Shown: positions 1 to 9,694, numbered from the stretch's first letter. The stretch: DNA of 64,000 nt from Paludibacter sp. (GCA_028691965.1 JAQUYE010000003.1:6713-70712), one strand, 5' to 3'. Numbers and translations are program-made. The notes: generated by a model not told the origin, from the letters alone.

Positions 1-514
1 CCAGACCAATCCGGATAGCCTGCGGTTGCCCCATATACACCGTAAATGGAAATATACGATCTGCTGTTGTTAGTATACCCTGCTCAGCCAGCAGTTTCCT
101 GAACGAATCATCGGCAATAAACGGAAGGTACTGGTATTTTTGAAAGACTTGCTCAGAGGCATCCAATAAATCAAGATCTACGTTCTGAATGATCATTCGG
201 GGCTTTGGATGGCGATCGATCCATGTTTTCCAACGAAGGTACTGAATGTCGAAGGGCGCTCCGTCCATCCCCAGGTTGTAGGAATTAGTTTCCAGTAGCG
301 AATCTATAAGATAGGTATCGTACTGTACCCAGGCCCGCGAACTTCCCTGAATGAGGACATCAGCCTCTGCCCTTCCATTCAGGATTTCCCTCCATTCCTT
401 CAGACTACCGAAATCGGAGTTGAGCATTCCACGATCCACGCAGTAGTTCAACGTGACGAGCACGACGTAAAACAAGACTGCGTAGGCAAAAAAACGGGCT
501 ATAAATCGTTTCAT
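1..514 (-). CDS. Partial SGNH/DltD/AlgJ-like membrane-anchored protein, partner of the upstream MBOAT; runs off the window edge
   Basis: Not in the ORF track. Hand translation from ATG at 514: MKRFIARFFAYAVLFYVVLVTLNYCVDRG...ADVLIQGSSRAWVQYD...SYNLGMDG. It has an N-terminal TM helix, a GSSR block and NLG, and starts 3 nt after the MBOAT stop. Confidence 0.7.
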   Translation of the reverse strand, partial: MKRFIARFFAYAVLFYVVLVTLNYCVDRGMLNSDFGSLKEWREILNGRAEADVLIQGSSRAWVQYDTYLIDSLLETNSYNLGMDGAPFDIQYLRWKTWIDRHPKPRMIIQNVDLDLLDASEQVFQKYQYLPFIADDSFRKLLAEQGILTTADRIFPFTVYMGQPQAIRIGL

Positions 515-517
515 GTT

Positions 518-1981
518 CTAAAACTGAAAATAAATAAATGAAGCACTATCTCCCTTTGCAATGTAAATAAACAGCATCAACAGCAGGTAAATCACTCCCC
601 GGTAACGCCATCCTGCTATATCCAACGCATGTGTTTTAGCACGCTGCATCCATTCAGCAACCAGGAGTAGTACAATCGACAACAATGCAAACAGCAGTGT
701 AAAATTGGATAAGGTGGTTGTACTGGCAAAGAGTGTATTAACATTAAAATAACCGGGCCCGAAACTCACCATCGCGTACAGGTAGCTGAATGCATCAGTA
801 ACCGATTCAGCCCTGAAAAACACCCATCCAACAGTAACCAACAGAAAGGTCAGCACCATTTGCAGAAATTGACCGACTCCAGGTAGTAACTTCGCTTCGT
901 CGATACCCGAATCGACGTACCTGCGGTTTTTATTCAAGAGTAACAGTGGTAAAAACAGAAGAGCATGGTACAATCCCCATACTATAAATGTCCAGTTAGC
1001 CCCATGCCAGAAGCCGCTAACCAGAAAAACCAGTATCGTGTTACGCACGGCATTCCACTTCCCGTTGCGACTTCCCCCCAGTGGGATGTACACATAATCC
1101 CGAAACCAGGTGGTAAGTGAGATATGCCATCTTCGCCAGAAATCGGCCACATCCCGTGCAAAGTAGGGCATCCGGAAGTTTTGCATTAGTTCAATGCCAA
1201 ACAGCCTGGCTGTACCAATCGCTATATCGGAGTATCCGGAAAAATCACCATAAATCTGAAAGGCAAAGAAAACTGCCCCTAATACCAATACGCTGCCACT
1301 TTGGTATTCGTAAGAGCCAAACACCTGATTGACAACAATGGCACAGGAATCGGCAACCACCATTTTTTTAAAAAAGCCCCAGAGAATTTGCCGCATGCCA
1401 TCAGCCGCCTTTGTATAATCAAACTTTCGGCGGGTTTCAAACTGAGGTAATAAACGGGTAGCTCTTTCGATGGGACCGGCAACCAGTTGAGGGAAGAAAC
1501 TAACGAAAGCAGCAAAGGAAAGAAGATTGGATGTTGCTTTGAGCTTACCACGGTACACATCGATGGTATAACTCAGGGTTTGAAAGGTATAAAAACTAAT
1601 CCCCACGGGCAACACTATATCGAGCAATCGGCCTTCGACGGAAGAGCCAAACAAGGTAAAGGCAGTGGTAAAATTAGTAACAAAGAAATCGAAATACTTA
1701 AAAAAGCCCAGCAGTCCGAGGTTAACGCCAATACTTAGCCACAGTAAATACTTACGTTGTGAGGCGACGATAGTCCGCTCCAGTGCACGTCCGATCAAAA
1801 AATCGGTTAGTGTGCTAAAAGCAATCAGAATCAGGAACCGCACATCCCACCAGCCATAAAAGAAATAGCTACTTGCCACCACCCAGGCATTTTGCCACCT
1901 TAGATTAAAATGCTGTAACAACCAGTAAACAGCAAATACCAGGGGAAGGAAGATGGCAAATTCGAGGGAATTAAACAGCAT
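518..1981 (-). CDS. MBOAT family O-acyltransferase (AlgI/DltB-like)
   Basis: MLFNS.EF start, LPVGISFYTFQ, FFPQLVAGPIER, YGDFSGYSDIAIG, FWRRWHISL, SGFWHGANWTF, FIYFQF end. Confidence 0.95.
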   Translation of the reverse strand: MLFNSLEFAIFLPLVFAVYWLLQHFNLRWQNAWVVASSYFFYGWWDVRFLILIAFSTLTDFLIGRALERTIVASQRKYLLWLSIGVNLGLLGFFKYFDFFVTNFTTAFTLFGSSVEGRLLDIVLPVGISFYTFQTLSYTIDVYRGKLKATSNLLSFAAFVSFFPQLVAGPIERATRLLPQFETRRKFDYTKAADGMRQILWGFFKKMVVADSCAIVVNQVFGSYEYQSGSVLVLGAVFFAFQIYGDFSGYSDIAIGTARLFGIELMQNFRMPYFARDVADFWRRWHISLTTWFRDYVYIPLGGSRNGKWNAVRNTILVFLVSGFWHGANWTFIVWGLYHALLFLPLLLLNKNRRYVDSGIDEAKLLPGVGQFLQMVLTFLLVTVGWVFFRAESVTDAFSYLYAMVSFGPGYFNVNTLFASTTTLSNFTLLFALLSIVLLLVAEWMQRAKTHALDIAGWRYRGVIYLLLMLFIYIAKGDSASFIYFQF

Positions 1982-1993
1982 AGACCGGGGAGT

Positions 1994-3493
1994 TTATTTT
2001 TTAAGGTAGAGTTCCTCGCGGGGAAGCAGTTTATTCAGGCTGGCTATAGTATAAATGGTAACGGCCTGTACAACCGACGTATATTCCATGTATTCGGCTA
2101 TACTCATATCGTAGCGATCACGATTGGTATGCCATATTTCCCGGTAGTTAAAGTTATACCCCAGCGGATCGGTAGTACGAAAGGCAATCACCGGAACCCC
2201 GTTCATCTGGAAATAGGCATGATCGCTACTTCCGGGTTTGGTAGGTGGCAGTTGAGGCTGTGTAGTACTTCGCTCAACAGTAAACTTAATTTCAGGATGA
2301 TAATTAACGAGCAGCTCAGTAGATTTCCTGACATCATCATAGATAGATGCAGGCACTACCAGTCCCGAAGCAGCAGTGGGACCGCCATCGCGATTGAAAT
2401 AATTGGAAATACGGGGAAGTTTGTCCTTGTTGTTTTCGACCCAGAATTTCGACCCTAACAATCCAAATTCCTCACCGGCCCAGAAACAAAACATGATAGT
2501 CCGATCAGGCTTCGACCCTCCCGAGGCCATCAGCATGCGTGCCATCTCCAGGTTAGGAGCCACTCCTGTTCCGCAATCCACCCCGCCGGTGGCAGCATCA
2601 TACGAATCGAGATGACATCCCGACATAACATATTCGTCAGGATACTTGACGCCTCGAATCGTACCGATTACATTGTGGTAGGCAACCGGACCAGGCTTAA
2701 AATGATTACGTATATCGAACTCGAGCACCACGTATTCGCGACGTTCGGCCTTTTCGCGAATTAGCTTATATTGCTGATCATTTAACTTTATATCAGGGAT
2801 TGAAGGCAGATTATCAAACGACATTTTCATGATATTAGCGCGATCGTAGGTTGCTACCAGGGGTACAGGGGCCGATTGAATAATGCCCAGGATACCTGCT
2901 TCTGCCATTTCACGGTAAAATAAAGCGGGCTCCGATTTACGTTTTGAAACATCCTTTACGGTATCGTTATAGTGTTTGGCTATCTGGCGAATGGAATCAC
3001 CACGTTCCGACCAGTCGATGGGGAATCCGGTATTGACACCATTTATAAGTACCCACGAACCTTTCAGCTTCCCCTTCATCCGTTCAAACTCCTGCGTAGT
3101 ACGTGGTTCAATAAGCACCGGTCCACGTTGCAAGCCTTTGGTTCCCGAAGTGTAAGAAGGAGTTACAAAGTCCAGTGCGTCCGACGTATCAGCATACATA
3201 CGTCCGAACCACGGTCCGCGGTTAAACCCTACAGGTAATTTACCTACTTCCTGAATTTCGACTTCCAGTCCCCATTTTTTCAACTGATCTGCCACCCAAT
3301 AGCTTGCATTCTCGTAGGCATCGGAACCTATAGGTCGTCCCCCAATCCGATTGACCAACACATCCAGGTGTTGCATCGTACGATTGTCGGTCCGCCCCAT
3401 TTCCATTACCGCCCTACTCACATCTTCGTTTGGTAATGATGCCACTACTGAGGTAACCATCAAAAGGGTTCCTATAACTGCTGAAATTCTCAT
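1994..3493 (-). CDS. M28 family metallopeptidase (carboxypeptidase Q-like), exported
   Basis: Signal peptide; HLDSYD, GGVDCGTG, GEEFGLLGS, SDHAYF, WHTNRD metal-binding motifs. Confidence 0.88.
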   Translation of the reverse strand: MRISAVIGTLLMVTSVVASLPNEDVSRAVMEMGRTDNRTMQHLDVLVNRIGGRPIGSDAYENASYWVADQLKKWGLEVEIQEVGKLPVGFNRGPWFGRMYADTSDALDFVTPSYTSGTKGLQRGPVLIEPRTTQEFERMKGKLKGSWVLINGVNTGFPIDWSERGDSIRQIAKHYNDTVKDVSKRKSEPALFYREMAEAGILGIIQSAPVPLVATYDRANIMKMSFDNLPSIPDIKLNDQQYKLIREKAERREYVVLEFDIRNHFKPGPVAYHNVIGTIRGVKYPDEYVMSGCHLDSYDAATGGVDCGTGVAPNLEMARMLMASGGSKPDRTIMFCFWAGEEFGLLGSKFWVENNKDKLPRISNYFNRDGGPTAASGLVVPASIYDDVRKSTELLVNYHPEIKFTVERSTTQPQLPPTKPGSSDHAYFQMNGVPVIAFRTTDPLGYNFNYREIWHTNRDRYDMSIAEYMEYTSVVQAVTIYTIASLNKLLPREELYLKK

Positions 3494-3585
3494 GGATTAG
3501 TTGTTAAGATGATAAAGCTGCAAAGTAAAGCATTTTTTCAACAGCATACAATCGGTAGTGAAAGAGAAATGTATAAAACCGGAAC

Positions 3586-4869
3586 TCACTTTAACCCTTC
3601 AAAAGCCGACTTAAAGTCCTTACCGGTAGGTTGCTGGAAGATTTCGAGCCCGAAAAAAGCAGCTGAAGAAAGCAGGTGATCAAAAATATCGGCCTGAATG
3701 GATTCGTAAGCTACCCAGGCAGTTGTATTTGTAAAACAGTAGATTTCCAACGGCACACCACGATCCTCGATAGCCAGCTGCCGTACCATAACAGTCATAT
3801 CCTGTCGAATCTGGGGATGACTTTTCAGGTAGCTTTCGACATACTTTCTGAAAACTCCTAGATTGGTCATTCTGCGACCATTAATTAATATAGAAGTATC
3901 TACCTTATTATCTTCGTTGAATTGCTCAATTTCCTTTTGTCGCTCTTCAATGTAGTCGGAAATAAGATAATACTTCTTGTACTGTTCGCGGGTTTCGGGG
4001 TCCACAAAACGGATGGTCTGTGAATTAATAAAAATGGCACGTTTAATTCTCCGACCTCCGCTTTCGACCATCCCTCTCCAGTTTTTAAAACTATCAGAAA
4101 TAAAATAGTAGGTAGGAATTGTAGTAATCGTTTTATCCCAGTTCTGGACTTTTACCGTATTCAGGTTAATGGCAACAACGTCGCCATCAGCATTAAACTT
4201 AGGCATCTCGACCCAATCGCCTACCCTCACCATATCGTTGGAGGATATTTGCACACTGGCCACTAAGCCTAAAATCGTATCTTTAAACACTAACAGCAAT
4301 ACTGCAGTCATGGCACCAAAAGCACTCAAAAAGTACAGGGGAGATTTACCAATAAGAATGGAAAGAATCAGTATACCTGTTCCGATATAAAGGATAATAC
4401 GGATTAACTGAAAATAACTGGCAAGTGGCTTGTCTTTTAAAGAAGGTTGAGAAGAGAACAATAATTCAGCTATTTTAAGCAGGGAAACCAATATCATCGT
4501 GCCTACTATTATGAGATAAGCATCGGTCATTTTCACAATAAATGGCAGCAAATTATCAAAATCCCTGAAAATGGAGGGTGCAAGATACCGAACCACGATG
4601 GCCGGTATAATGTGAGAGATATTGCTGAATATGTTTTGGTCGAGTAACAAATCATCCCACTTGGCAGGAGTTCTTTTTACAAACTTGTGTAAATAGCTAA
4701 CAAGCAGCTTTCTTGTCGTCCAATGAATAAAGGCTGCAATTAAAAAGAGCAGGAACAGAAAGATGAAAAGCCTTAAGTAAACAACCAGATTTGATCCTAC
4801 ACCACTGGACACCAACAAACTATCCACCCATTTTTCCAATTCGATCCAACTTACCAATGTTATTTGCAT
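3586..4869 (-). CDS. Mechanosensitive channel, MscS family (YbdG/miniconductance type)
   Basis: FKDTILGLVASVQ, VRVGDWVEMPK, VKVQNWDKTITTIP, GGRRIKR, TNLGVFR. Start moved to ATG 4869 because a TAAATTTG -7 element at 4890-4897 lies inside the longer ORF. Confidence 0.9.
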   Translation of the reverse strand: MQITLVSWIELEKWVDSLLVSSGVGSNLVVYLRLFIFLFLLFLIAAFIHWTTRKLLVSYLHKFVKRTPAKWDDLLLDQNIFSNISHIIPAIVVRYLAPSIFRDFDNLLPFIVKMTDAYLIIVGTMILVSLLKIAELLFSSQPSLKDKPLASYFQLIRIILYIGTGILILSILIGKSPLYFLSAFGAMTAVLLLVFKDTILGLVASVQISSNDMVRVGDWVEMPKFNADGDVVAINLNTVKVQNWDKTITTIPTYYFISDSFKNWRGMVESGGRRIKRAIFINSQTIRFVDPETREQYKKYYLISDYIEERQKEIEQFNEDNKVDTSILINGRRMTNLGVFRKYVESYLKSHPQIRQDMTVMVRQLAIEDRGVPLEIYCFTNTTAWVAYESIQADIFDHLLSSAAFFGLEIFQQPTGKDFKSAFEGLK

Positions 4870-5022
4870 ACTGAATGTATATAAAACTTCAAATTTAGTC
4901 AATTCTCTACAAAAGTCGGCGTAAATGATATCAATATAACCAAACTTTCCATATTTTTGATAAAAATCAGGGTTTAAACAAGGAAAACTACAAATTAACT
5001 AAGTAAGATTAAAATAATTTTG

Positions 5023-5030
5023 TATGTTTG
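5023..5030 (+). promoter_or_regulatory. Bacteroidetes sigma-70 -7 element (TATGTTTG) for the DUF4332 gene
   Basis: Matches the TAnnTTTG consensus about 110 nt upstream of ATG 5143. Confidence 0.6.
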
Positions 5031-5142
5031 CATTTATCTAAAAAATGAAAAAAATATCTAGTTACCCGGCCTGTAAGGGGTAATTATACAGGGGCGATAC
5101 CTATAAGCCAAACAAGTAGGTATAATTTATAAAAACACGATT

Positions 5143-5553
5143 ATGGCTAACTACAAAATTGAAGAAATTGAAGGAATTGGACCAGTACTGGGTGAAAAAA
5201 TGCGTTCTGCCGGTATAACCGGAACAGACAAACTTCTTGCTGCATCAAAAACCAAACAACAAAGACAACAACTGGCCGACGCGACCGGTATCTCTGAAAA
5301 ACAAGTTCTTAAATTTGCCAACATGGCCGATCTTTTCAGAATCACGGGTGTAGGACAGGAATTTGCTGAACTGTTGGAAGCAGCCGGTGTAGATACTGTT
5401 CCTGAACTGGCACAGCGTAATGCGGAAAACCTTACTGCTAAGATGGAAGAAGTTAACGCAGCTAAGAGTCTTACCCGCAGAACTCCCGCTTTGAAAGAAG
5501 TGGAAAAATGGGTAGCTGAAGCTAAAACTTTACCAAGAGCCCTTGAGTATTAA
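5143..5553 (+). CDS. DUF4332 helix-hairpin-helix protein
   Basis: IEEIEGIGP, ADLFRITGVG, LLEAAGVDTVPELAQRNAENL. Confidence 0.85.
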   Translation: MANYKIEEIEGIGPVLGEKMRSAGITGTDKLLAASKTKQQRQQLADATGISEKQVLKFANMADLFRITGVGQEFAELLEAAGVDTVPELAQRNAENLTAKMEEVNAAKSLTRRTPALKEVEKWVAEAKTLPRALEY

Positions 5554-5580
5554 TTGTTAGCATGAAAAATTAACGTATTC

Positions 5581-5622
5581 AGAAGCTATCGTGCAGGTAC
5601 TACCCTTCCCGATAGCTTTTGT
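5581..5622 (+). terminator. Terminator-like hairpin or attenuator between DUF4332 and the SMR exporter
   Basis: Stem AAGCTATCG/CGATAGCTT, 18-nt loop, followed by TTGTTCTT. Confidence 0.55.
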
Positions 5623-5638
5623 TCTTAAACTACAGGTT

Positions 5639-5965
5639 ATGAGCTGGTTCATCCTCATTATTGCCGGATGTTTTGAAGTTGTGTTTGCTTTTTGTCTGGG
5701 AAAAGCAAAAGAAACCAACGGGACAGAGATGTACTTGTGGTATGTCGGTTTTTTGGCAGCACTGGCAATAAGTATGGTTTTACTTGTTAAGGCTACCCAA
5801 ACCCTCCCTATTGGAACTGCCTACGCAGTGTGGACAGGTATTGGCGCAGCCGGCACAGCACTGATAGGTATACTCGTATTTAAGGAGCCAACCTCCTTTT
5901 TGCGGTTATTTTTTCTTACAACCCTCATTGCTTCAGTAGTAGGATTAAAAATGGTTTCGAGCTAA
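5639..5965 (+). CDS. sugE: SMR family exporter, Gdx/SugE type (probable guanidinium exporter)
   Basis: MSWFILIIAGCFEVVFA (membrane Glu), LPIGTAYAVWTGIG, four TM helices. True start is ATG 5639; the GTG at 5591 lies inside the hairpin. Confidence 0.8.
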   Translation: MSWFILIIAGCFEVVFAFCLGKAKETNGTEMYLWYVGFLAALAISMVLLVKATQTLPIGTAYAVWTGIGAAGTALIGILVFKEPTSFLRLFFLTTLIASVVGLKMVSS

Positions 5966-5987
5966 AGCATGATAACATTCTGAGTCA

Positions 5988-7094
5988 TTATTCTGCTTTT
6001 GGAAGAGTAAAACTGAATGTAGTTCCTTTACCAACTTCACTGGTCACAAATAGCTGACCTTTGTTGTGTTCAACGAAATCCTTCACCAACAAAAGCCCAA
6101 GTCCGGATCCTTTCTCGTTACTTGTTCCATAGGTGGTAAAATGAAGTGCCGGTTGAAACAGCCTGCCTAATGCTTCTTCATTAATTCCGACTCCGTTGTC
6201 TGCAACAGAAATCCTGACCATATCATCCGGGTCATCTTCTACCGATACAACTATTTTTCCGCCCGGATTTGTGAATTTAATTGCATTTGACATAAGATTT
6301 CTGAAGATCAGACTTAACGAATTTGGATCTACCAAAACAGTAAAGACTTTACTTGCTACAAATTCAAGGGCTATGTTTTTTGCATTTGCAATTGGCTTCA
6401 ACAGTCGGATACTTTCCATAACCGATAAATTGATTATTACATCCTGCGGATCGATAACAATACGATTCGACTGACTACGGGACCAGTTAAGAAGATTATC
6501 CAACAAGCTCATGACACTTTTGGAGGTGTTCCGTAGTTCTTCCACCAGTTTATGTTTCATCGGATCTTCGAATACCATATCCTCCGCCAGCATATCGAGT
6601 ACCTGGGTGAAATTACCACAAGGTCCACGTAAATCATGAGAGATTATCGAAAATAATTTATCTTTTGTGGCATTAAGTTGTTGAAGTTCCCGACTCTGAT
6701 TACGTATCTTCAAGTGCGTTGAAACACGCACTTTCACCTCTTCTGCTTTAAAGGGTTTGCTAATATAATCAACACCCCCAACCGAGAAAGCATGAATAAC
6801 ACTATCGGTATCATTGAGTGCACTTATAAAGATAACTGGTATCTCAGCTAAATCCGGATTATCCTTAAATCGCTTACATACTTCAAAGCCGTTAATATCC
6901 GGCATCATTATATCCAACAAAATGAGATCCGGTTTCATGAGAGCAGCTGCTTCGAGGGCCTGAGTTCCATTCAACACCGGCCTCACTTTGTATCCCTCAA
7001 GCCGGAGTATCTCGCTGAGCACTTTCAGGTTAGCCGGAGCATCATCTGCAATGAGTATATCGTACTTCTGATTTTGATCGTTCATATCCAGCAT
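5988..7094 (-). CDS. REC-HisKA-HATPase hybrid kinase
   Basis: ILIADD...LILLDIMMP...SKPF receiver; SHDLRGP H-box; RNLMSNAIKFT, DNGVGI, GSGLGL. Confidence 0.93.
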   Translation of the reverse strand: MLDMNDQNQKYDILIADDAPANLKVLSEILRLEGYKVRPVLNGTQALEAAALMKPDLILLDIMMPDINGFEVCKRFKDNPDLAEIPVIFISALNDTDSVIHAFSVGGVDYISKPFKAEEVKVRVSTHLKIRNQSRELQQLNATKDKLFSIISHDLRGPCGNFTQVLDMLAEDMVFEDPMKHKLVEELRNTSKSVMSLLDNLLNWSRSQSNRIVIDPQDVIINLSVMESIRLLKPIANAKNIALEFVASKVFTVLVDPNSLSLIFRNLMSNAIKFTNPGGKIVVSVEDDPDDMVRISVADNGVGINEEALGRLFQPALHFTTYGTSNEKGSGLGLLLVKDFVEHNKGQLFVTSEVGKGTTFSFTLPKAE

Positions 7095-7100
7095 CTTCTG

Positions 7101-9545
7101 TTACTTAACGTTAGTTGTTTTTTGGTTTATCAGTCTAAAAATAGCATCGTAATTAAAATTGGCAGTCATTTCCCTGAGGAAAGAAATCAGCGTTTGATCA
7201 TTTTGATCCATTTTTACAAGTAATTTATCAAAGGCATCCAGATCGGCTACTTTTAATGCACGAATGATCCTTTCTCTCAATGGTTTATCAATGGCATTGA
7301 AACTTGCTCTTAACTGATCCCAATTATAATTATGAGCTTCTGTATTTATCCGATGTTCTTTACTATCAGAATATCCAATTTTTAAGAGTTGTCCGACTAA
7401 ATGTAACACTTCATCTACATGGAAAGGTTTCAATATGTATTCTGTAAACCCGGCTTTCAGGACATCCTCACGTTCATCTTCAAACGAGCTGGCCGTCATA
7501 GCAATGACTGGAATTGTTCTCTCCTTGTCCAGCTTACGAATCTGCCTTAATGCTTCCATGCCATCCATTACAGGCATGTGCAGGTCCATAAGTATCAAAT
7601 CTGTTCGATTTTCAGCAAAGGTTTTGAGTAGTTCCTCCCCATTGCTTGCTGTTAAAGTCCGGAAACCAACACTTTGTAGCATTTCGACTGACAAATTCAG
7701 GTTTTCAATCGTATCATCAGCTACCAGAATTTGAAAGTTTTTATTCATCTCTGAGTAAGCTACCCGGACCTTTTCAGATCTTATAGCTGAAGTTTTTGTT
7801 TTGTCTCCTGCTTTATAAGGAATATGGAATGAAAACACGGATCCTTTATTCAGCTGACTTTTTACTTCTACCTCCCCACCCATCAACCTTACCATCTCGT
7901 ATACGAGAGAAAGTCCAAGTCCTGAACCGGAGTTGTGTCGCACACCAGAACTTGTCTGCTCAAATCGCTTAAACACCTTTCCAAGTTCATGACGTTCAAT
8001 TCCGATTCCGGTATCACTAACGTTAAAGGCAAGAAATCCAGTGCCTTCAGCTGTATTAACCAGCATAACACTTAACTCTACCACTCCTTTTGAGGTAAAC
8101 TTTATGGCATTTGAAACTAAGTTAATTAAGATGCGCCGTAATTTAGTAGCGTCGGTGACAATTACTTCAGGAAGTCCAGGAACAGGAGTATAAATCAATT
8201 CAAGCTCCTTTTGCTGGGCTGCTATCTTGTAAACTGACAAAACGTCGATAATCAGCTCGTTAAGAATTATTTCATCTTCGACTAATTCCTGGCGACCGGC
8301 TTCTATTCGTGATAATTCGAGGATGTCGTTTATTAAAGATAACAAATGCTCACCTGATCGTAAAATCTTTGTATTGTAATCTTTTATCTGTTCGTTTAAA
8401 TGAGGCTGTCGGTCAATTAACTGCGAAAAGCCTAACACAGCATTTAATGGTGTACGTATTTCATGTGACATATTAGCAAGAAATATACTTTTTGCCAAAC
8501 TTGCTTCCTGTGCTTTTAATGCCAGTTCTTGTGAACGTATAGTTGCCTCTTCGAGCTTAAGGTTCATCTGAATAAGCTCGTTCTCCTGTTCAAGTTTCTT
8601 AGATATATCTTCCTTAATTGAAACAAAGTGTGTTATTATCCCCTGAGGGTTTACCACACAATCAATGCGTGCTGACTCCCAATATTCACTCCCATCTTTT
8701 CTGGAGTTCCGAAAAACACCTTGCCAGCTTTTTCCCTGTTTAATAACTTCCCACATTTGATCGTTGGAAGGGGCATTCTTTGCCCGGAACATTTCCGCAG
8801 GCTTACCTTGCAGCTCTTCTTGCGAATAGCCCGTCATTTGTGCAACCATCGGATTTACGTATTCAATATTACCTTCAACATCGGTAATCATCATTCCCAG
8901 TGAACTTTGATGAATTACATGTGACATGAGCAAGAGTCTATCTTCCAGCACTTTTCGGCTTTCAACCGAGCGACTTACTCCTGTAATTTCAATTTCATGG
9001 TCAGAATTATAAGTCAACCTGGCAGAAGTCTCGGTCCAAACCAGACTTCCATCCTTCTTAAACTGCTGGATTTCAAGAGTGATCGAATCATTGGAATCAG
9101 TATTCTTAGAAAAGGACCTAAGAAGTTTTTCAATATCACTGTTAAGGGATGTTCGGAATTTTTGATCAAATACAGCCTCCAAAGGAAGCAACATTGCTTC
9201 TTCAACTGTATAACCAAGGAGATCATTTACAGAAGGACTTATGTATACAAATTGATTTTTGTCGACATTAAACACCCAGACCACATCGCTGATTGAATCT
9301 GCCAGGGTTCTATACTTTCGTTCACTTAACTCAATAGCACTTAATTGTTGATGCAGCTCGTGCTGTGTTTGCAACTCCATCTGTGAATGGTATTGCTGAA
9401 TATCATATAGTAGTATACGGGCTTCTTCAAGACACTCCATACTTTTTTCACTGGTGAAATTGGTTAGGAATGACTCAATTCGGGAGTTAAGGGTATCGTG
9501 TGTTAGCTTTAAGTTACGACTCATACCGGTTTTACGTATTGCCAA
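7101..9545 (-). CDS. Cytoplasmic PAS-PAS hybrid sensor histidine kinase with C-terminal receiver
   Basis: Two PAS/PAC repeats (YISPSV..KKDGSLVW; YVNP..RKDGSEYW), FLANMSHEIRTPLNA, NLVSNAIKFT, GSGLGL, ILMDLHMP; no TM helix. Start is TTG 9545 or ATG 9524. Confidence 0.93.
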   Translation of the reverse strand: MAIRKTGMSRNLKLTHDTLNSRIESFLTNFTSEKSMECLEEARILLYDIQQYHSQMELQTQHELHQQLSAIELSERKYRTLADSISDVVWVFNVDKNQFVYISPSVNDLLGYTVEEAMLLPLEAVFDQKFRTSLNSDIEKLLRSFSKNTDSNDSITLEIQQFKKDGSLVWTETSARLTYNSDHEIEITGVSRSVESRKVLEDRLLLMSHVIHQSSLGMMITDVEGNIEYVNPMVAQMTGYSQEELQGKPAEMFRAKNAPSNDQMWEVIKQGKSWQGVFRNSRKDGSEYWESARIDCVVNPQGIITHFVSIKEDISKKLEQENELIQMNLKLEEATIRSQELALKAQEASLAKSIFLANMSHEIRTPLNAVLGFSQLIDRQPHLNEQIKDYNTKILRSGEHLLSLINDILELSRIEAGRQELVEDEIILNELIIDVLSVYKIAAQQKELELIYTPVPGLPEVIVTDATKLRRILINLVSNAIKFTSKGVVELSVMLVNTAEGTGFLAFNVSDTGIGIERHELGKVFKRFEQTSSGVRHNSGSGLGLSLVYEMVRLMGGEVEVKSQLNKGSVFSFHIPYKAGDKTKTSAIRSEKVRVAYSEMNKNFQILVADDTIENLNLSVEMLQSVGFRTLTASNGEELLKTFAENRTDLILMDLHMPVMDGMEALRQIRKLDKERTIPVIAMTASSFEDEREDVLKAGFTEYILKPFHVDEVLHLVGQLLKIGYSDSKEHRINTEAHNYNWDQLRASFNAIDKPLRERIIRALKVADLDAFDKLLVKMDQNDQTLISFLREMTANFNYDAIFRLINQKTTNVK

Positions 9546-9663
9546 TATCTACTGAAATAACTTTTTTGAATTGAAAAAATCTTCCTTCAACGATTGCTAT
9601 CACATAGGAGCATAGGGTAACAGCTAACCTGAATCCGATTTTAGCAATTGAGTTTTTCATCAT
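9532..9663 (-). CDS. Candidate 43-aa small hydrophobic protein upstream of the PAS kinase
   Basis: Hand translation MMKNSIAKIGFRLAVTLCSYVIAIVEGRFFQFKKVISVDIGNT*. It lies between the -7 element at 9695-9702 and kinase ATG 9524. Confidence 0.3.
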   Translation of the reverse strand: MMKNSIAKIGFRLAVTLCSYVIAIVEGRFFQFKKVISVDIGNT

Positions 9664-9694
9664 AAGTTATAACCACACGTAGTATAATGGTATA

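Noticed and set aside
5554-5638. Canonical guanidine-I to -IV riboswitch upstream of sugE
   Set aside because: No tandem ACGR-loop hairpins, no ykkC-III pseudoknot and no upstream CCACC-loop hairpin seen; kept only as an unclassified candidate
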